Notes: generated by a model not told the origin, from the letters alone. A stretch of DNA of 60,029 bases from Flavobacteriales bacterium (GCA_041745875.1 JBGTIB010000036.1:1-60029), one strand, 5' to 3'; positions 37,078 to 47,187 are shown, numbered from the stretch's first letter. Numbers and translations are program-made.

Positions 37078-37509
37078 ATGATCCGATCCCTTTTCACTGC
37101 GCTTCTTTTGAGCTTTGCGGTGACGGCAAGTGCCCAGACCGTTCTGCACCTTTCAAATATCACCCTGACAACGAACGGCCACACGGAACGTGGTGCCGAT
37201 GTCACCGCCAGCTTGCGTGGTGACCAGGGAAACAAGGCTGTCACGATATACGCCGATCAACGGTATTCCGTCGACGGCAGGTTCAAGGTGAAGACCCACA
37301 ATGTGCACCGCCAAAGCGCCAAGCAGGGAGCCGTATACCTGACCCTGTACATGACCTTGAAGGCGGATGGCAAGCGCAACAAGCGCGTGGTGCAAAAGAC
37401 CTTCTATGCGGAACAGGATCGCAGCGCCCAATTCAGCGAGGCGTTCACCATCAAACACGGCATCGATGTGCGCAAGATCACCGTATCGTTCGAGGGCCGC
37501 ATTCAGTGA
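37078..37509 (+). CDS. small secreted protein, tandem paralogue 1 (143 aa)
   Basis: It has a signal peptide (MIRSLFTALLLSFAVTASAQ). It shares the blocks L..SNITLT..G.ERG.DVTA and KITVSFEG with the next gene. Confidence 0.55.
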   Translation: MIRSLFTALLLSFAVTASAQTVLHLSNITLTTNGHTERGADVTASLRGDQGNKAVTIYADQRYSVDGRFKVKTHNVHRQSAKQGAVYLTLYMTLKADGKRNKRVVQKTFYAEQDRSAQFSEAFTIKHGIDVRKITVSFEGRIQ

Positions 37510-37522
37510 TACACCCGCGTTG

Positions 37523-37957
37523 ATGACACGTGGCGCCTTCCTGCTGCTGATCCTGTTGCTTCTGGCTGGAACGGCCCAGGCGCAGAAGGGTCTGGTCATC
37601 ACGAACGTCACGATCACAGAGGAGGGCGTGGAGACCCGCGGCATCGATGTCACCGCGTTGGTCACGAGCTCACCGGTCAAGGGCCGGGTCGTCCTTTATG
37701 AAGAGGGGGGCATCCGCATCGGTGCATGGGTACGCACCATAACGCACCATGTGAAGCCTGGGTCCATGGAACGGGGCACCGTGAGCATTGCCATCGTATT
37801 GGACCTCGTGGCGCATGGGCACCGCGAGAAACGCGAAGTGGGCCAGGTCTTCCGTCCGGACGAGGAGCGCGTGATGCACATCGAGGAGAAGTTCAATGCG
37901 CGAACGGGAATGGGCCATAAGAAGATCACGGTTTCCTTCGTGGGGCACGTGGAATAG
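37523..37957 (+). CDS. small secreted protein, tandem paralogue 2 (144 aa)
   Basis: It has a signal peptide (MTRGAFLLLILLLLAGTAQAQ). The blocks LVITNVTITEEGVETRGIDVTA and KKITVSFVG parallel the preceding gene. Confidence 0.55.
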   Translation: MTRGAFLLLILLLLAGTAQAQKGLVITNVTITEEGVETRGIDVTALVTSSPVKGRVVLYEEGGIRIGAWVRTITHHVKPGSMERGTVSIAIVLDLVAHGHREKREVGQVFRPDEERVMHIEEKFNARTGMGHKKITVSFVGHVE

Positions 37958-38044
37958 ATGGCCTGATCCGAAGCAGACCCCCGGCCTGATCCATTCATTC
38001 GGGCACCATGTGTACGCAACGGACAGGTTATTATCTTGGCGGGC

Positions 38045-39808
38045 ATGGAGATCAAGCGCCTGCACGACATTCCCGAGCATCAGCTCGCCAAGTTCCCCAA
38101 GGATATCGCGATCGCAACCAAGGAGGATGGCCACTGGAAAGGGTACAGCACCCGTGAGTTGATAGACACCGCCGAACGCATCGCCCTGGGCTTGATGCAA
38201 CTGGGTGTAAAGCCCGGCGACAAGGTGGCCATCGCCAGTGGCAACCGCAGCGAGTGGTGCCTGGTGGATCAGGCGATCCTTCGCATCGGCGCCATCGGCG
38301 TGCCCATCTATCCCACCAGCAGTCCGGACGATTATGCCTTCGTGCTCCAACATTCGGAGAGCAAGGTCATCTTCAGCGCCAATGCCGACATCCACGGCAA
38401 GGCCGCCGCGGCACAGGCCACCTGTCCACAACTGGGGCATCTTTTCACCTTCGACAAGGTACCCGGGGCCAGGCTCTGGACCGATGTGGCCGCCATGGCC
38501 AATGAAGCGGAGCGACCCACGTTGCGGCGCTACAAGGAACAGGTAAGGTCCGAGGACCTGGCCACCATCATCTATACAAGCGGGACCACTGGCAGACCCA
38601 AGGGCGTGATGCTCACACACAACAACATCCTCAGCAATGTGGTGGCCAGTGCCACGCGATTCCCGGTAGACAGCCAGGCACGCTGCATCAGCTTCCTGCC
38701 CCTCTCCCACATTTATGAGCGCATGCTGATGTACCTGTACATGTACACCGGCGTAAGCATCCATTTCCAGGAAACACTGGACGACCTGGGTGAACGTATC
38801 CGGGAAGTGGAACCCGATGTGTTCACCGCCGTGCCGCGCCTGCTGGAAAAGATCTACGACAAGATCGTGGCCAAGGGCGATGCGCTCACGGGCGTGAAGC
38901 GCGGCCTTTTCTTCTGGGCCCTGGACCTTGGCCTACGGTACGAGGTACACGGTCGCAGTCCCTGGTACAACCTGCAACTGGCGTTGGCGCGCAAGCTCAT
39001 CTTCAGCAAGTGGCAGGCGGCCTTGGGCGGAAAGACACGCATCGTAGCCAGTGGCAGCGCCGCACTTCAACCCCGGTTGGCGCGCGTCTTCACGGCGGCC
39101 GGCATCCCCATCATGGAAGGCTATGGGCTTACCGAGAGCAGTCCTGTCATCAGCGTGAACGAGTTGGACAACGATGGCCTGCGCTTCGGTACGGTGGGTA
39201 GACCTCTGGCGGGTGTGCAGGTGAAGATCGCCCACGATGGGGAGATCCTCGCCAAGGGACCCAACATCATGGTGGGCTACTACAAGGACGAGGAGAACAC
39301 CCGTGCCACCCTGGACGAGGACGGCTGGTTGCACACGGGCGACATCGGTGAATTGAGCGCCGACGGGTTCCTGCGGATCACCGACCGCAAGAAGGAGATC
39401 TTCAAGACCAGTGGTGGCAAGTACATCGCCCCCCAGGTGATGGAGAACAAGCTGAAAGCCTCGCGCTTCATCGAGCAGTTGATCGTGGTGGGCGAGAACC
39501 AGAAGTACCCCGCAGCGCTGATCGTACCGGAGTTCGTCTTCCTGAAGGAATGGTGCGAACGCAAGGGGATCCCCTTCGAGAGCCGCGAACAGATCATTAC
39601 CGACCAGCGGGTATTGGACCGGATCAAGAAGGAGGTCGATGCGGCCAACGAAGGGCTGGGCCAATGGGAGCAGATCAAGAAGATCGCCCTGTTGCCCAAG
39701 GAATTCGCCATCGATACCGGGGAACTCACGCCGACATTGAAGCTGAGGCGCAAGCCCATCATGGCGAAGTACGACAAGGTGGTGAACGGTATTTACGGTG
39801 AAGCCTGA
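38045..39808 (+). CDS. long-chain fatty acid-CoA ligase (AMP-dependent synthetase)
   Basis: It has the AMP-binding motif IIYTSGTTGRPKGVMLTHNNI, plus GYGLTESSPV and TGDIGELSADGFLRITDRKKEIFKTSGGKYIAP. Confidence 0.9.
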   Translation: MEIKRLHDIPEHQLAKFPKDIAIATKEDGHWKGYSTRELIDTAERIALGLMQLGVKPGDKVAIASGNRSEWCLVDQAILRIGAIGVPIYPTSSPDDYAFVLQHSESKVIFSANADIHGKAAAAQATCPQLGHLFTFDKVPGARLWTDVAAMANEAERPTLRRYKEQVRSEDLATIIYTSGTTGRPKGVMLTHNNILSNVVASATRFPVDSQARCISFLPLSHIYERMLMYLYMYTGVSIHFQETLDDLGERIREVEPDVFTAVPRLLEKIYDKIVAKGDALTGVKRGLFFWALDLGLRYEVHGRSPWYNLQLALARKLIFSKWQAALGGKTRIVASGSAALQPRLARVFTAAGIPIMEGYGLTESSPVISVNELDNDGLRFGTVGRPLAGVQVKIAHDGEILAKGPNIMVGYYKDEENTRATLDEDGWLHTGDIGELSADGFLRITDRKKEIFKTSGGKYIAPQVMENKLKASRFIEQLIVVGENQKYPAALIVPEFVFLKEWCERKGIPFESREQIITDQRVLDRIKKEVDAANEGLGQWEQIKKIALLPKEFAIDTGELTPTLKLRRKPIMAKYDKVVNGIYGEA

Positions 39809-39838
39809 TCGCTGCAGGGTACTTCGAAGAACCTCGAA

Positions 39839-39980
39839 CCTGCCTACCGGCAGGCAGGCGGATGGCTCGCGTGACTATCGTTCGGCCAGACAACCTGCCT
39901 GCCGGTAGGCAGGGGCGCGACGAAGAGCGGATACTGGAACGAAGTATCCAACTGAGGAGCCTGCCTGTCCGGCAGGCAGG
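39839..39980. repeat. cluster of three 20-21-nt GC-rich palindromic (REP-like) elements
   Basis: The three elements are CCTGCCTACCGGCAGGCAGG (39839-39858), its exact reverse complement CCTGCCTGCCGGTAGGCAGG (39894-39913), and CCTGCCTGTCCGGCAGGCAGG (39960-39980). A GGATACT/AGTATCC hairpin lies at 39929-39949, and AACGAAGTAT occurs twice (39939, 39982). Confidence 0.75.
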
Positions 39981-40109
39981 CAACGAAGTATGGCCGATCG
40001 AGAGGCATGCGCCCGAAGGGTCGGCGCTGAACGTCGATGACGCCGAAGCGAGGTTCTCCGAGGTACCCGTTAGGCCGTTACATTTACGACCCCTTAACCT
40101 CTTCATTAC

Positions 40110-40505
40110 ATGAGAGCATTGCTCCTATGCCTGTTGGCAGTATCCTTCCTGTTCATCGCTTGCAAAAAGGAACCCGGCGAAGGTGGCCGGGCCGAGATCC
40201 GTGGGCGGGTCATTGAACAGCGCTACAGCAACAACACCCAACAACCCATCGGCCTGCCGTACGCCAAAGCGGATCAGCGGGTGTTCATCATCTATGGCGA
40301 CGGCGAATTCCACGATGACGATGTGCGCACAGGACCGGGCGGAACGTTCCGCTTCCCATGGTTGCAGAAAGGGGACTATCGGGTCTATGTCATCTCCGAG
40401 TGTGGGGCCTACGACGGATGCAATACCGCTGTGATCAAGGTGGCGACCATCGGCGATCGAAAAGAAGTGGTGGACGTGGGTGATATCGTGATCCAGAACT
40501 GGTGA
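40110..40505 (+). CDS. putative lipoprotein (131 aa)
   Basis: It has a lipobox (LLAVSFLFIAC) followed by a beta-rich body. Confidence 0.6.
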   Translation: MRALLLCLLAVSFLFIACKKEPGEGGRAEIRGRVIEQRYSNNTQQPIGLPYAKADQRVFIIYGDGEFHDDDVRTGPGGTFRFPWLQKGDYRVYVISECGAYDGCNTAVIKVATIGDRKEVVDVGDIVIQNW

Positions 40506-41206
40506 TGAGCAGCCGTCTGCTGTTCTTGCTGATGCTACTTGCTCCGGCGGGGCTCGTGGCCCAGGAAGCCGCGTTAAGCCCTGCGACTTCACAGGAGTTG
40601 TGGCTCAGTGCCTCCCTGCGTACCAGAGCTCCAAAGTTCATGAAGGACCTGCTGGGCGACCACTACAAAAAACTGCGCTTCGGCAGTTCCCTCGGATATC
40701 GCTCCGCCGACAACTTCTTCGCCGGCCGGCAACTCTACCTGGAGCTGCACAGCCGTTACCGTTTCAACAAGCACTTCAACCTGGGCGTGGAGTACCGCTA
40801 TGCCAATCGCGGTGCCTTGCGCAGCGATCGTCAGCGTTTCCAGCTGATCGGGGGCGCCAGCACCTCCTGGGAACGCTTCGACTTCAGCTACCGCGTCATC
40901 CAGCAATGGGTATTCCTGGACGAGGGCGGTACGAGCACTTTCCTGCGCAACCGTTTCGGTGTGGAATACAACATCCGCAAGTGGAAACTGGACCCGAGCT
41001 TCGAAGTGGAGTTCTTCACCCGTACGGACGATCCGCAGGGTTGGAACCACATCGGCACGCGCTATCGCCTGGGCACTGAGATCGGCCTCGGCAAGGCCCA
41101 CTCCATCTCCCCCACGCTCGTGTACGACAGCGATACGCGGGTGGCCTGGCCGGTGAACCGCGTCATCTATTCCATCGGCTACTCCTTGGACCTTTGGCGG
41201 CTGTGA
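40505..41206 (+). CDS. DUF2490-like outer-membrane beta-barrel protein
   Basis: It has a signal peptide (MSSRLLFLLMLLAPAGLVAQ) and alternating aromatic beta-strand patterns (YRF..., VEYRYA, FSYRV, VEYNI, YSIGYSLDLW). Its ATG overlaps the preceding stop (TGATG). Confidence 0.55.
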   Translation: MSSRLLFLLMLLAPAGLVAQEAALSPATSQELWLSASLRTRAPKFMKDLLGDHYKKLRFGSSLGYRSADNFFAGRQLYLELHSRYRFNKHFNLGVEYRYANRGALRSDRQRFQLIGGASTSWERFDFSYRVIQQWVFLDEGGTSTFLRNRFGVEYNIRKWKLDPSFEVEFFTRTDDPQGWNHIGTRYRLGTEIGLGKAHSISPTLVYDSDTRVAWPVNRVIYSIGYSLDLWRL

Positions 41207-41233
41207 CGACCTTTGCGGGGTAGCACCGTCCGC

Positions 41234-41887
41234 ATGGCCCGTATCATCGCTTTCCTCGCCATCTTCATCGCCGCCGTCACCGTGGGCTGGCTCATCCTTC
41301 GTCCCTCGGAAGAACTACCCGTCTACCACCCGAGCCAGCTCGATCCCCGCCTGGTGGATCCCGCCGTGAAGGGCCAGCGCGGCGAGCACCACATCCTGGA
41401 CTTTAACCTGACCGATCACCTTGGGCAGCCATTCACCCTGGACAGTGTGGGCGATCGCATCATCGTCACCGACTTCTTCTTCACCACCTGCAAGACCATC
41501 TGTCCGAAGATGAGCACCGAGATGGCCCGCGTCCAGGAAGCTTACAAGGACGAAGCGCGACTGTTGCTCCTCTCCCACTCGGTGACGCCCGAGATGGACT
41601 CCGTGTCCGTACTTGCCGCCTATGCCGAGCTGCACGGCGCCGACCCCGCACGCTGGCGCTTCCTCACCGGCCCGCGCAAACAGATATACGCCCTGGCCCG
41701 CCGCAGCTACTTCGCCGCCATGGACGAGGGCGATGGCGGCCCCGACGATTTCGTCCACACCGAGAACTTCGTGCTCGTGGATCCCCAACGCCGCCTACGT
41801 GGCTTCTATGACGGCACCAACGAAAAGGATGTGGACCGCCTCATCAAGGATATCCGGAAGTTGCTCCGCGAATCATCTCCAACATGA
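41234..41887 (+). CDS. SCO1/SenC family copper chaperone (thioredoxin fold)
   Basis: It has an N-terminal TM segment and a CxxxC motif in the context VTDFFFTTCKTICP, plus FVHTENFVLVD. Confidence 0.85.
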   Translation: MARIIAFLAIFIAAVTVGWLILRPSEELPVYHPSQLDPRLVDPAVKGQRGEHHILDFNLTDHLGQPFTLDSVGDRIIVTDFFFTTCKTICPKMSTEMARVQEAYKDEARLLLLSHSVTPEMDSVSVLAAYAELHGADPARWRFLTGPRKQIYALARRSYFAAMDEGDGGPDDFVHTENFVLVDPQRRLRGFYDGTNEKDVDRLIKDIRKLLRESSPT

Positions 41888-41960
41888 TGAGTTCATAGAT
41901 ACCTCCGGCACCGTCGACCCTCCGGGTCGACCTGCCAATACTGGATCACCGCCCACCCCC

Positions 41961-42935
41961 ATGCGCAAACTCCTCGACCGCTACTACGGCAAGTTCCGCA
42001 AGATCAAGGCGAACTACGTGCTGCTGAACCTCTTCAACTTAAAGCGGCTGAAGCACGCCCGGAACATGTACCGCAAGTACGGCATCGAGCGCAGCGTGCT
42101 GCTACCCATCAACAGCGGCATGCTGCCCAAGGATGGCGGTGAGAAACCCTGGCTGGACACCCCGGAAGGCGCGGCGAAACTCCCGCAACACCCCGGACTG
42201 GCGGCCTTCGATCCCGCCACCCGGGAGAGCATCAACCTTTGGCCGGAGAACGGCTACCTCATCCTACGCGGACTGTTCAGCGCGGAGGAAGTGGCGGCCA
42301 TCAATGCCGAGATCGATCGCCTGATCCGCGACAAGGTGGTGGACTTCAACTTCACCGGCCGCAAGATCATGTTCGCCTTCCACCACAGCGAGCTATTGCG
42401 CAAGGTGGTACACGACCGCCGCATCCTCGATGTGATGGACTTCCTGCTGGGCAGGCGGATCAAAGTATTCCAGAGCATCAACTTCCTCACGGGCAGCGAG
42501 CAGGCCGCGCACAGCGACAGCATCCACATGACCACCCACCCGCTGGGCTACATGATCGCGTCATGGATCGCGCTGGAACCGATCCACGCCGACAATGGTC
42601 CGCTGATCTACCACCCCGGCAGCCACAAGCTGCCCTACCTCCTCAACGACAGCTACGACCACGGCGGCGATCGTTTCGTGATCGGCGACGATGCCTATGC
42701 GCGCTACGAGGAGGCCATCGCCAAGGCCATCCGCGACGGCGGCTTCCCGGCGAAGGAGCTGCACGCCCAACCCGGCGATGTCCTGCTCTGGCACGCCAAC
42801 CTGCTGCACGGCGGCAAGAAGATGGCCAGCCCCAACGCCAGCCGCAAGAGCATGGTGATCCACTGCTTCGCGGATGATGTGCTGTGTTATCATGAGCTGA
42901 CGCAGCGGGTGGCGATGATGGAGGATGAGCATTGA
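41961..42935 (+). CDS. phytanoyl-CoA dioxygenase (PhyH) family Fe(II)/2-oxoglutarate oxygenase
   Basis: Recognised motifs are HSDSIH (HxD), GPLIYHPGSHK and LLWHANLLHGG. I placed the start at ATG 41961, because the upstream part of the 440-aa ORF overlaps the SCO gene out of frame. Confidence 0.8.
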   Translation: MRKLLDRYYGKFRKIKANYVLLNLFNLKRLKHARNMYRKYGIERSVLLPINSGMLPKDGGEKPWLDTPEGAAKLPQHPGLAAFDPATRESINLWPENGYLILRGLFSAEEVAAINAEIDRLIRDKVVDFNFTGRKIMFAFHHSELLRKVVHDRRILDVMDFLLGRRIKVFQSINFLTGSEQAAHSDSIHMTTHPLGYMIASWIALEPIHADNGPLIYHPGSHKLPYLLNDSYDHGGDRFVIGDDAYARYEEAIAKAIRDGGFPAKELHAQPGDVLLWHANLLHGGKKMASPNASRKSMVIHCFADDVLCYHELTQRVAMMEDEH

Positions 42936-43220
42936 GCCGGCAATATTGGGCGCGGACCGGAAAGGTATAGGGCAGGTCATTGCGAGGCAGGAGGCAAAGG
43001 CCTCCAGCCACAATTGACGAAGCATGAAACAGCAGCCTAACGAGACCAATGCATGTCTGTGATCCGCTTACGACTTTGCGAAGAAATCGGTTGCCCAGCG
43101 CAGAACGGCCAGAGCACCTTCTACTTGATAGTTCAGTTTGGCGATGATCACCGATCACAGCACCGGGTATGCACGAGAAGTCGGTGCCGAGAATTTAAAT
43201 GGTCGCTGTGCTGTTGCACG

Positions 43221-44588
43221 TTATGGTCCAATGAAGCGCACAGCGCCAACATCGCCCACACGGATCAACAATATGCCTTGGGGCTGCGGCGGCAAATTAA
43301 AGCGCAAGCGATCGCCTTCAGCAACCACCTGTACTGCATGCACCAAACGGCCAGCTGCATCCAGCACCTCCACATTGTAACTCCCCGCAGGTACACCCAG
43401 CACCGCTACCTGATCATCCGCTTCGCGATAAGACCGCAGCGTTGAACGTGGAAGTTCCGTTCCGTCGTTAACCCCTACGGCCACTGAACAGGTATCCGAA
43501 TACACGCTACCGATGAAACGGACTGCGCAATTCACGGGTTGACCAAATAAGTTTACGTGGCAGCTTGCGAAAAGCGTGTCGTGAAAGAACTCGATGGTGT
43601 TGATCTCGGGCTCGGGGCCCATGGGCAGTCCACACCAACGCGCGCCATCCCAGTAAGCGATACCCGGGCAGGGTACGTTACCCGCATAACTGAATGTGCC
43701 GCAAGCCCACAACTTGCCATCATATACTTCAAGTTCACTTGCACCGACCAAATAGAGGTAGGTGCCATCCAGCCCTTGAAAGCCTGTACCCACCGAATAG
43801 AACTGTTGCCCATCCCACCGCATGATTCCATGGCCCGCGTTGCCCGCTGCTATCGGAATACTACCGCTCACATACAACCCGTCGTTGTACACTGCCAACG
43901 CACGCCCGGCACCAAAACCACCTTCGATGCCAGGACCCAAGGGAAGCCATTCGCCTGTACCTGAAAGGTACGCAATATCCTTTGGGTTTGGGGCCCCATA
44001 GCGGATGGTGCCGGTTGCATAGAGGGTGCCGTTCCACTCCGCCAAGTCCTGTATGTTAGGCGAGTTTATCACATTGAAGGTGCCGACAGGCTCCCAATGC
44101 CCGCTAACCCGCTTGGCGATGCCCTGGCAACTCTGGCCATCCACAACATCAAATGCGCCAATGGCGTAGAGGTTATCGCCAATAACCTTGAATCGATATA
44201 TCGAATTGTCAAAATCACCAAACGGCAGCCATTCGGCACCATCCAAGAATGCACATCGGCGTACCAATGGGTCGCCATTCCAATTTGAGAAGGGCCCTCC
44301 TGCTATCAAAGTGTCTCCCCACCGGGCCATGGTTTGCACGCGCCCCCCGAACACACCAAGCGTATCCCACTGTCCGTTGGTATAAACCGGTACCGCGCCA
44401 TCGCTGGCATCGAAATCATTGTTGAGAGAGGATTCGCCACAGAAGTATAATGCATCAGAAATCGTATCACTATGGATGTTGCCCATCTCGAAGATCCTGA
44501 AGGGCACCCCAGCAGATTCCCATTGCCCCAAGGCATTCATTACGGCAAATACCGTTATTAAAGCACAGTTTACCTGTCGCATCATCAT
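43221..44588 (-). CDS. T9SS-secreted beta-propeller-like repeat protein
   Basis: It has a signal peptide (MMMRQVNCALITVFAVMNALGQ) and repeated G.F....G....GIA.WDG..W motifs. The T9SS CTD reads YNVEVLDAAGRLVHAVQVV...GILLIRVGDVGAVRFIGP. It starts 4 nt after the stop of the upstream gene. Confidence 0.75.
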   Translation of the reverse strand: MMMRQVNCALITVFAVMNALGQWESAGVPFRIFEMGNIHSDTISDALYFCGESSLNNDFDASDGAVPVYTNGQWDTLGVFGGRVQTMARWGDTLIAGGPFSNWNGDPLVRRCAFLDGAEWLPFGDFDNSIYRFKVIGDNLYAIGAFDVVDGQSCQGIAKRVSGHWEPVGTFNVINSPNIQDLAEWNGTLYATGTIRYGAPNPKDIAYLSGTGEWLPLGPGIEGGFGAGRALAVYNDGLYVSGSIPIAAGNAGHGIMRWDGQQFYSVGTGFQGLDGTYLYLVGASELEVYDGKLWACGTFSYAGNVPCPGIAYWDGARWCGLPMGPEPEINTIEFFHDTLFASCHVNLFGQPVNCAVRFIGSVYSDTCSVAVGVNDGTELPRSTLRSYREADDQVAVLGVPAGSYNVEVLDAAGRLVHAVQVVAEGDRLRFNLPPQPQGILLIRVGDVGAVRFIGP

Positions 44589-44592
44589 GTTT

Positions 44593-47187
44593 CTATCGAA
44601 TCACAACAAACCGTGTAGCATAGGTGCCGACACGGAGCAGATAGGTACCCTCGGCCAAGTTTGGCAGGTTCAGGTTTAGACGGGTCCCATCACTACGGCC
44701 GATATCACTCACCACCAATCGCCCTGCGGCATCAACTACTTGCAATCCATATTGTCCGTTTGGAAGGTCGAAGATCGTAACTTGCTCTTGGGACCAATGT
44801 GCAAATAACTGCGCGACAGTGATGCCCCCTTCAGAAATTCCTACTTCGTTCAATGGCTCACCGCAGAGAGAAGCAATAAATCCTTCTGTTGAACCACCCT
44901 GCCATATCTCCTCAAAGTAAGGGCCACCGCCGCCATCATCTAATGGAAAGTAGCTAGCCGGATTATCTCCCTTACTTGTTATTCCTCCGAAATATAAATT
45001 ACCGTTGTCACTGCGGGGAAGTATGGTGTAGATTATTTCACGATTAATGGGTCCTGCCGCACTAGCCTCCCCCCCGAAGTAGGTGCCGTACAACAACTCA
45101 TTTGTAGGACTGAAAATTAACAAGATTGCATCCTGATGGCTAATCCATACAGTTCCAGGTATTTGGTTCACATATATCTGAGATTGTTGATATAAACCAG
45201 GGAGGGATTGGGACAAAAGACTAGGCCCTGCAGGCAATAGATCGTCGCCTTGTTTTACCCAACCACCAACGATCAACTTCCCATTTGAATCGAATTCGCA
45301 ACAAATCAAATAATTTGTGGTGCCTATGGCATCATAAATGTGCGTGTGCCAGATCCGGGAACGATCTATACCCGAAAACCGGGCTATGAACCCTGGATAA
45401 GTATTCGTCGAATTCGTATGCTGGTACCATCCTGTGCCTGGAACTAATCCAACGTTACTTCCTCCTCCACAAACACCGACCAGCACTATGTCATTTGTTG
45501 TTGGATCAACTGCAACGCCATTATGCAAACTCCAGTCAGAGACCTCAGTTCCGACATACGTGCTCCACAAAACGGCGCCATCGGTACTAAATTCATACAG
45601 AAAGCAATCAATTTCACCAAAAGGACCAGTGGAGTATGAAGCAGATTCAAATGGAATCAGATTAATGTCCGTACTTTCCGTGACCCCACCAACAACAATA
45701 CTCGCGCCCTTCGTGTCAACGTCATATGCAACGTCGCTTGCGTTCCCGGGTATATGGCAACGCCACATGTGGCGGTCACCGTTCCCGAACATCGAGATAA
45801 AGCCATCATTGTCGTTACTGTATGGCCAATACGTTGAACCAATTGGGGGAGGCACGTCCAGCGCAGGTATGGTGCTGATTGTGCTGCCCACGATGAATAT
45901 CTTATTCGGACCCAAACCCACCATGCCGTAGATGTAGGTGTTGTCATCCCCGTAGTAGGTGGACCACTGCCTTTCACCATTCCCTTTGTTCAGTCGTGCG
46001 ACAAACCCTTTATAGACTCCTGCATTAGCTGCGGTTTGATAGAACTCTGTTCCGGGCTGTAGATGGATCATGGAAGCAGAGCTCGTATTTCCCGCAATGT
46101 ACACTTGGCCTTCCACCTTGCGGCCAATCGCGGTACCACGCGTCAGTTCCCCAGCGGCCTGCCCGCCGAGGAATGTCTTCCACTCAATATCATCATCGGT
46201 ATTGAATCGCATCATGTATGCCGCTGTGCCGGCTGCGGAATAATTGGTGCCCGGCGCTTGCGGGAAGGTCATGAAACTGGACCCGGTGGTTCCAACTAGG
46301 TATAAATCGCCGCCCTCGACTTCCACGCTTTCGTATATGTGATCGTTCTCGTTCCCGCCCAAGTACGTGCTCCAGCACAAACCGGGTTCATCGTAGGAGG
46401 TAGGCCCGAAAGGCGGAATGCCAATCTGGAACACTAGGGGCCACGACGAGTTGTAGCTGTTCCAATTGAAGCCCACAACGCCAACTCCGTTGTTCACTTG
46501 GTAGTTTGCCTCCCAATTTACCGGAACGATAGACCCCAAGTCATTGATTTGATAAGCCTGTGCAAAGGGGATTACCATCCACTTGCCATCATAATAAAGT
46601 TTGAGGTTGCCCCACAGGTCTATAGCAATGCTATCCTGGCCTTCGAAGGCTAGCTTCAAATCACTCAGCACACAGCCAGGCCGCATCACGAACGCCATCT
46701 TTTGTCCTTTGCTACCGCTGTAGAAATGCTGATCGATATTAGGAAAAATGTTCTCGTAAATTATCCGGTTAAAACCGATCACCCCTTCCACGCCATTGTT
46801 GCCGCAATGCGCCATATAGAAATTCTGGAGCCAATCCTTCTGCGCCCAGCCGATGGGAGCCACCTGATTTGCGCGTGGGCCATAGGGTCGCATGTCCAAG
46901 CGATACAAAGTATCCACTGTGGCCACATTGGAATCCACAACTGCTACCGTAAAGGATACGCGCGACTTGTCCCTTAAATAAGCTTTCGGAAAACCACCTT
47001 CCGAATAGAACTTGATATCCTCTCTAGGCTGGTCATCGGTATCGATCACCTGGCCCATATTCTCCCAAAAGCCGATACTCCTCATGTAGGTTTCCCCGTA
47101 AAGGTCTGGGGGAACGTACTGGGTAAATGCCATTGCAGGTATCAAAGCCATCAGCGCTAGTATTGCGGGTGGGGAGTTTACTCTCAT
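44593..47187 (-). CDS. T9SS-secreted SBBP-type beta-propeller repeat protein
   Basis: It has a signal peptide (ILALMALIPAMAFTQ), an N-terminal FWENMGQ motif, and repeated STY(L/Y)GG...D..Y.. blocks. The T9SS CTD reads GQYGLQVVDAAGRLVV...GTYLLRVGTYATRFVVIR. It is more AT-rich than the core genes. Confidence 0.8.
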   Translation of the reverse strand: MRVNSPPAILALMALIPAMAFTQYVPPDLYGETYMRSIGFWENMGQVIDTDDQPREDIKFYSEGGFPKAYLRDKSRVSFTVAVVDSNVATVDTLYRLDMRPYGPRANQVAPIGWAQKDWLQNFYMAHCGNNGVEGVIGFNRIIYENIFPNIDQHFYSGSKGQKMAFVMRPGCVLSDLKLAFEGQDSIAIDLWGNLKLYYDGKWMVIPFAQAYQINDLGSIVPVNWEANYQVNNGVGVVGFNWNSYNSSWPLVFQIGIPPFGPTSYDEPGLCWSTYLGGNENDHIYESVEVEGGDLYLVGTTGSSFMTFPQAPGTNYSAAGTAAYMMRFNTDDDIEWKTFLGGQAAGELTRGTAIGRKVEGQVYIAGNTSSASMIHLQPGTEFYQTAANAGVYKGFVARLNKGNGERQWSTYYGDDNTYIYGMVGLGPNKIFIVGSTISTIPALDVPPPIGSTYWPYSNDNDGFISMFGNGDRHMWRCHIPGNASDVAYDVDTKGASIVVGGVTESTDINLIPFESASYSTGPFGEIDCFLYEFSTDGAVLWSTYVGTEVSDWSLHNGVAVDPTTNDIVLVGVCGGGSNVGLVPGTGWYQHTNSTNTYPGFIARFSGIDRSRIWHTHIYDAIGTTNYLICCEFDSNGKLIVGGWVKQGDDLLPAGPSLLSQSLPGLYQQSQIYVNQIPGTVWISHQDAILLIFSPTNELLYGTYFGGEASAAGPINREIIYTILPRSDNGNLYFGGITSKGDNPASYFPLDDGGGGPYFEEIWQGGSTEGFIASLCGEPLNEVGISEGGITVAQLFAHWSQEQVTIFDLPNGQYGLQVVDAAGRLVVSDIGRSDGTRLNLNLPNLAEGTYLLRVGTYATRFVVIR

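Noticed and set aside
37670-38764. A 364-aa minus-strand ORF overlapping paralogue 2 and the acyl-CoA synthetase gene
   Set aside because: It is antisense to two well-supported genes and has low-complexity G/A/H/L composition.
39839-39980. A possible mini-CRISPR array (three similar 20-21-nt repeats)
   Set aside because: There are only three copies. They sit in alternating orientation with unequal spacers (35 and 46 nt), the repeats are themselves palindromes, and no cas genes are present. A REP/BIME-like element is the better explanation.
41613-41960. An N-terminal extension of the PhyH ORF (the 440-aa version)
   Set aside because: The extension overlaps the 3' half of the SCO1 gene in another frame and is P/A/S/T-rich. 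Family-like sequence starts at ATG 41961.
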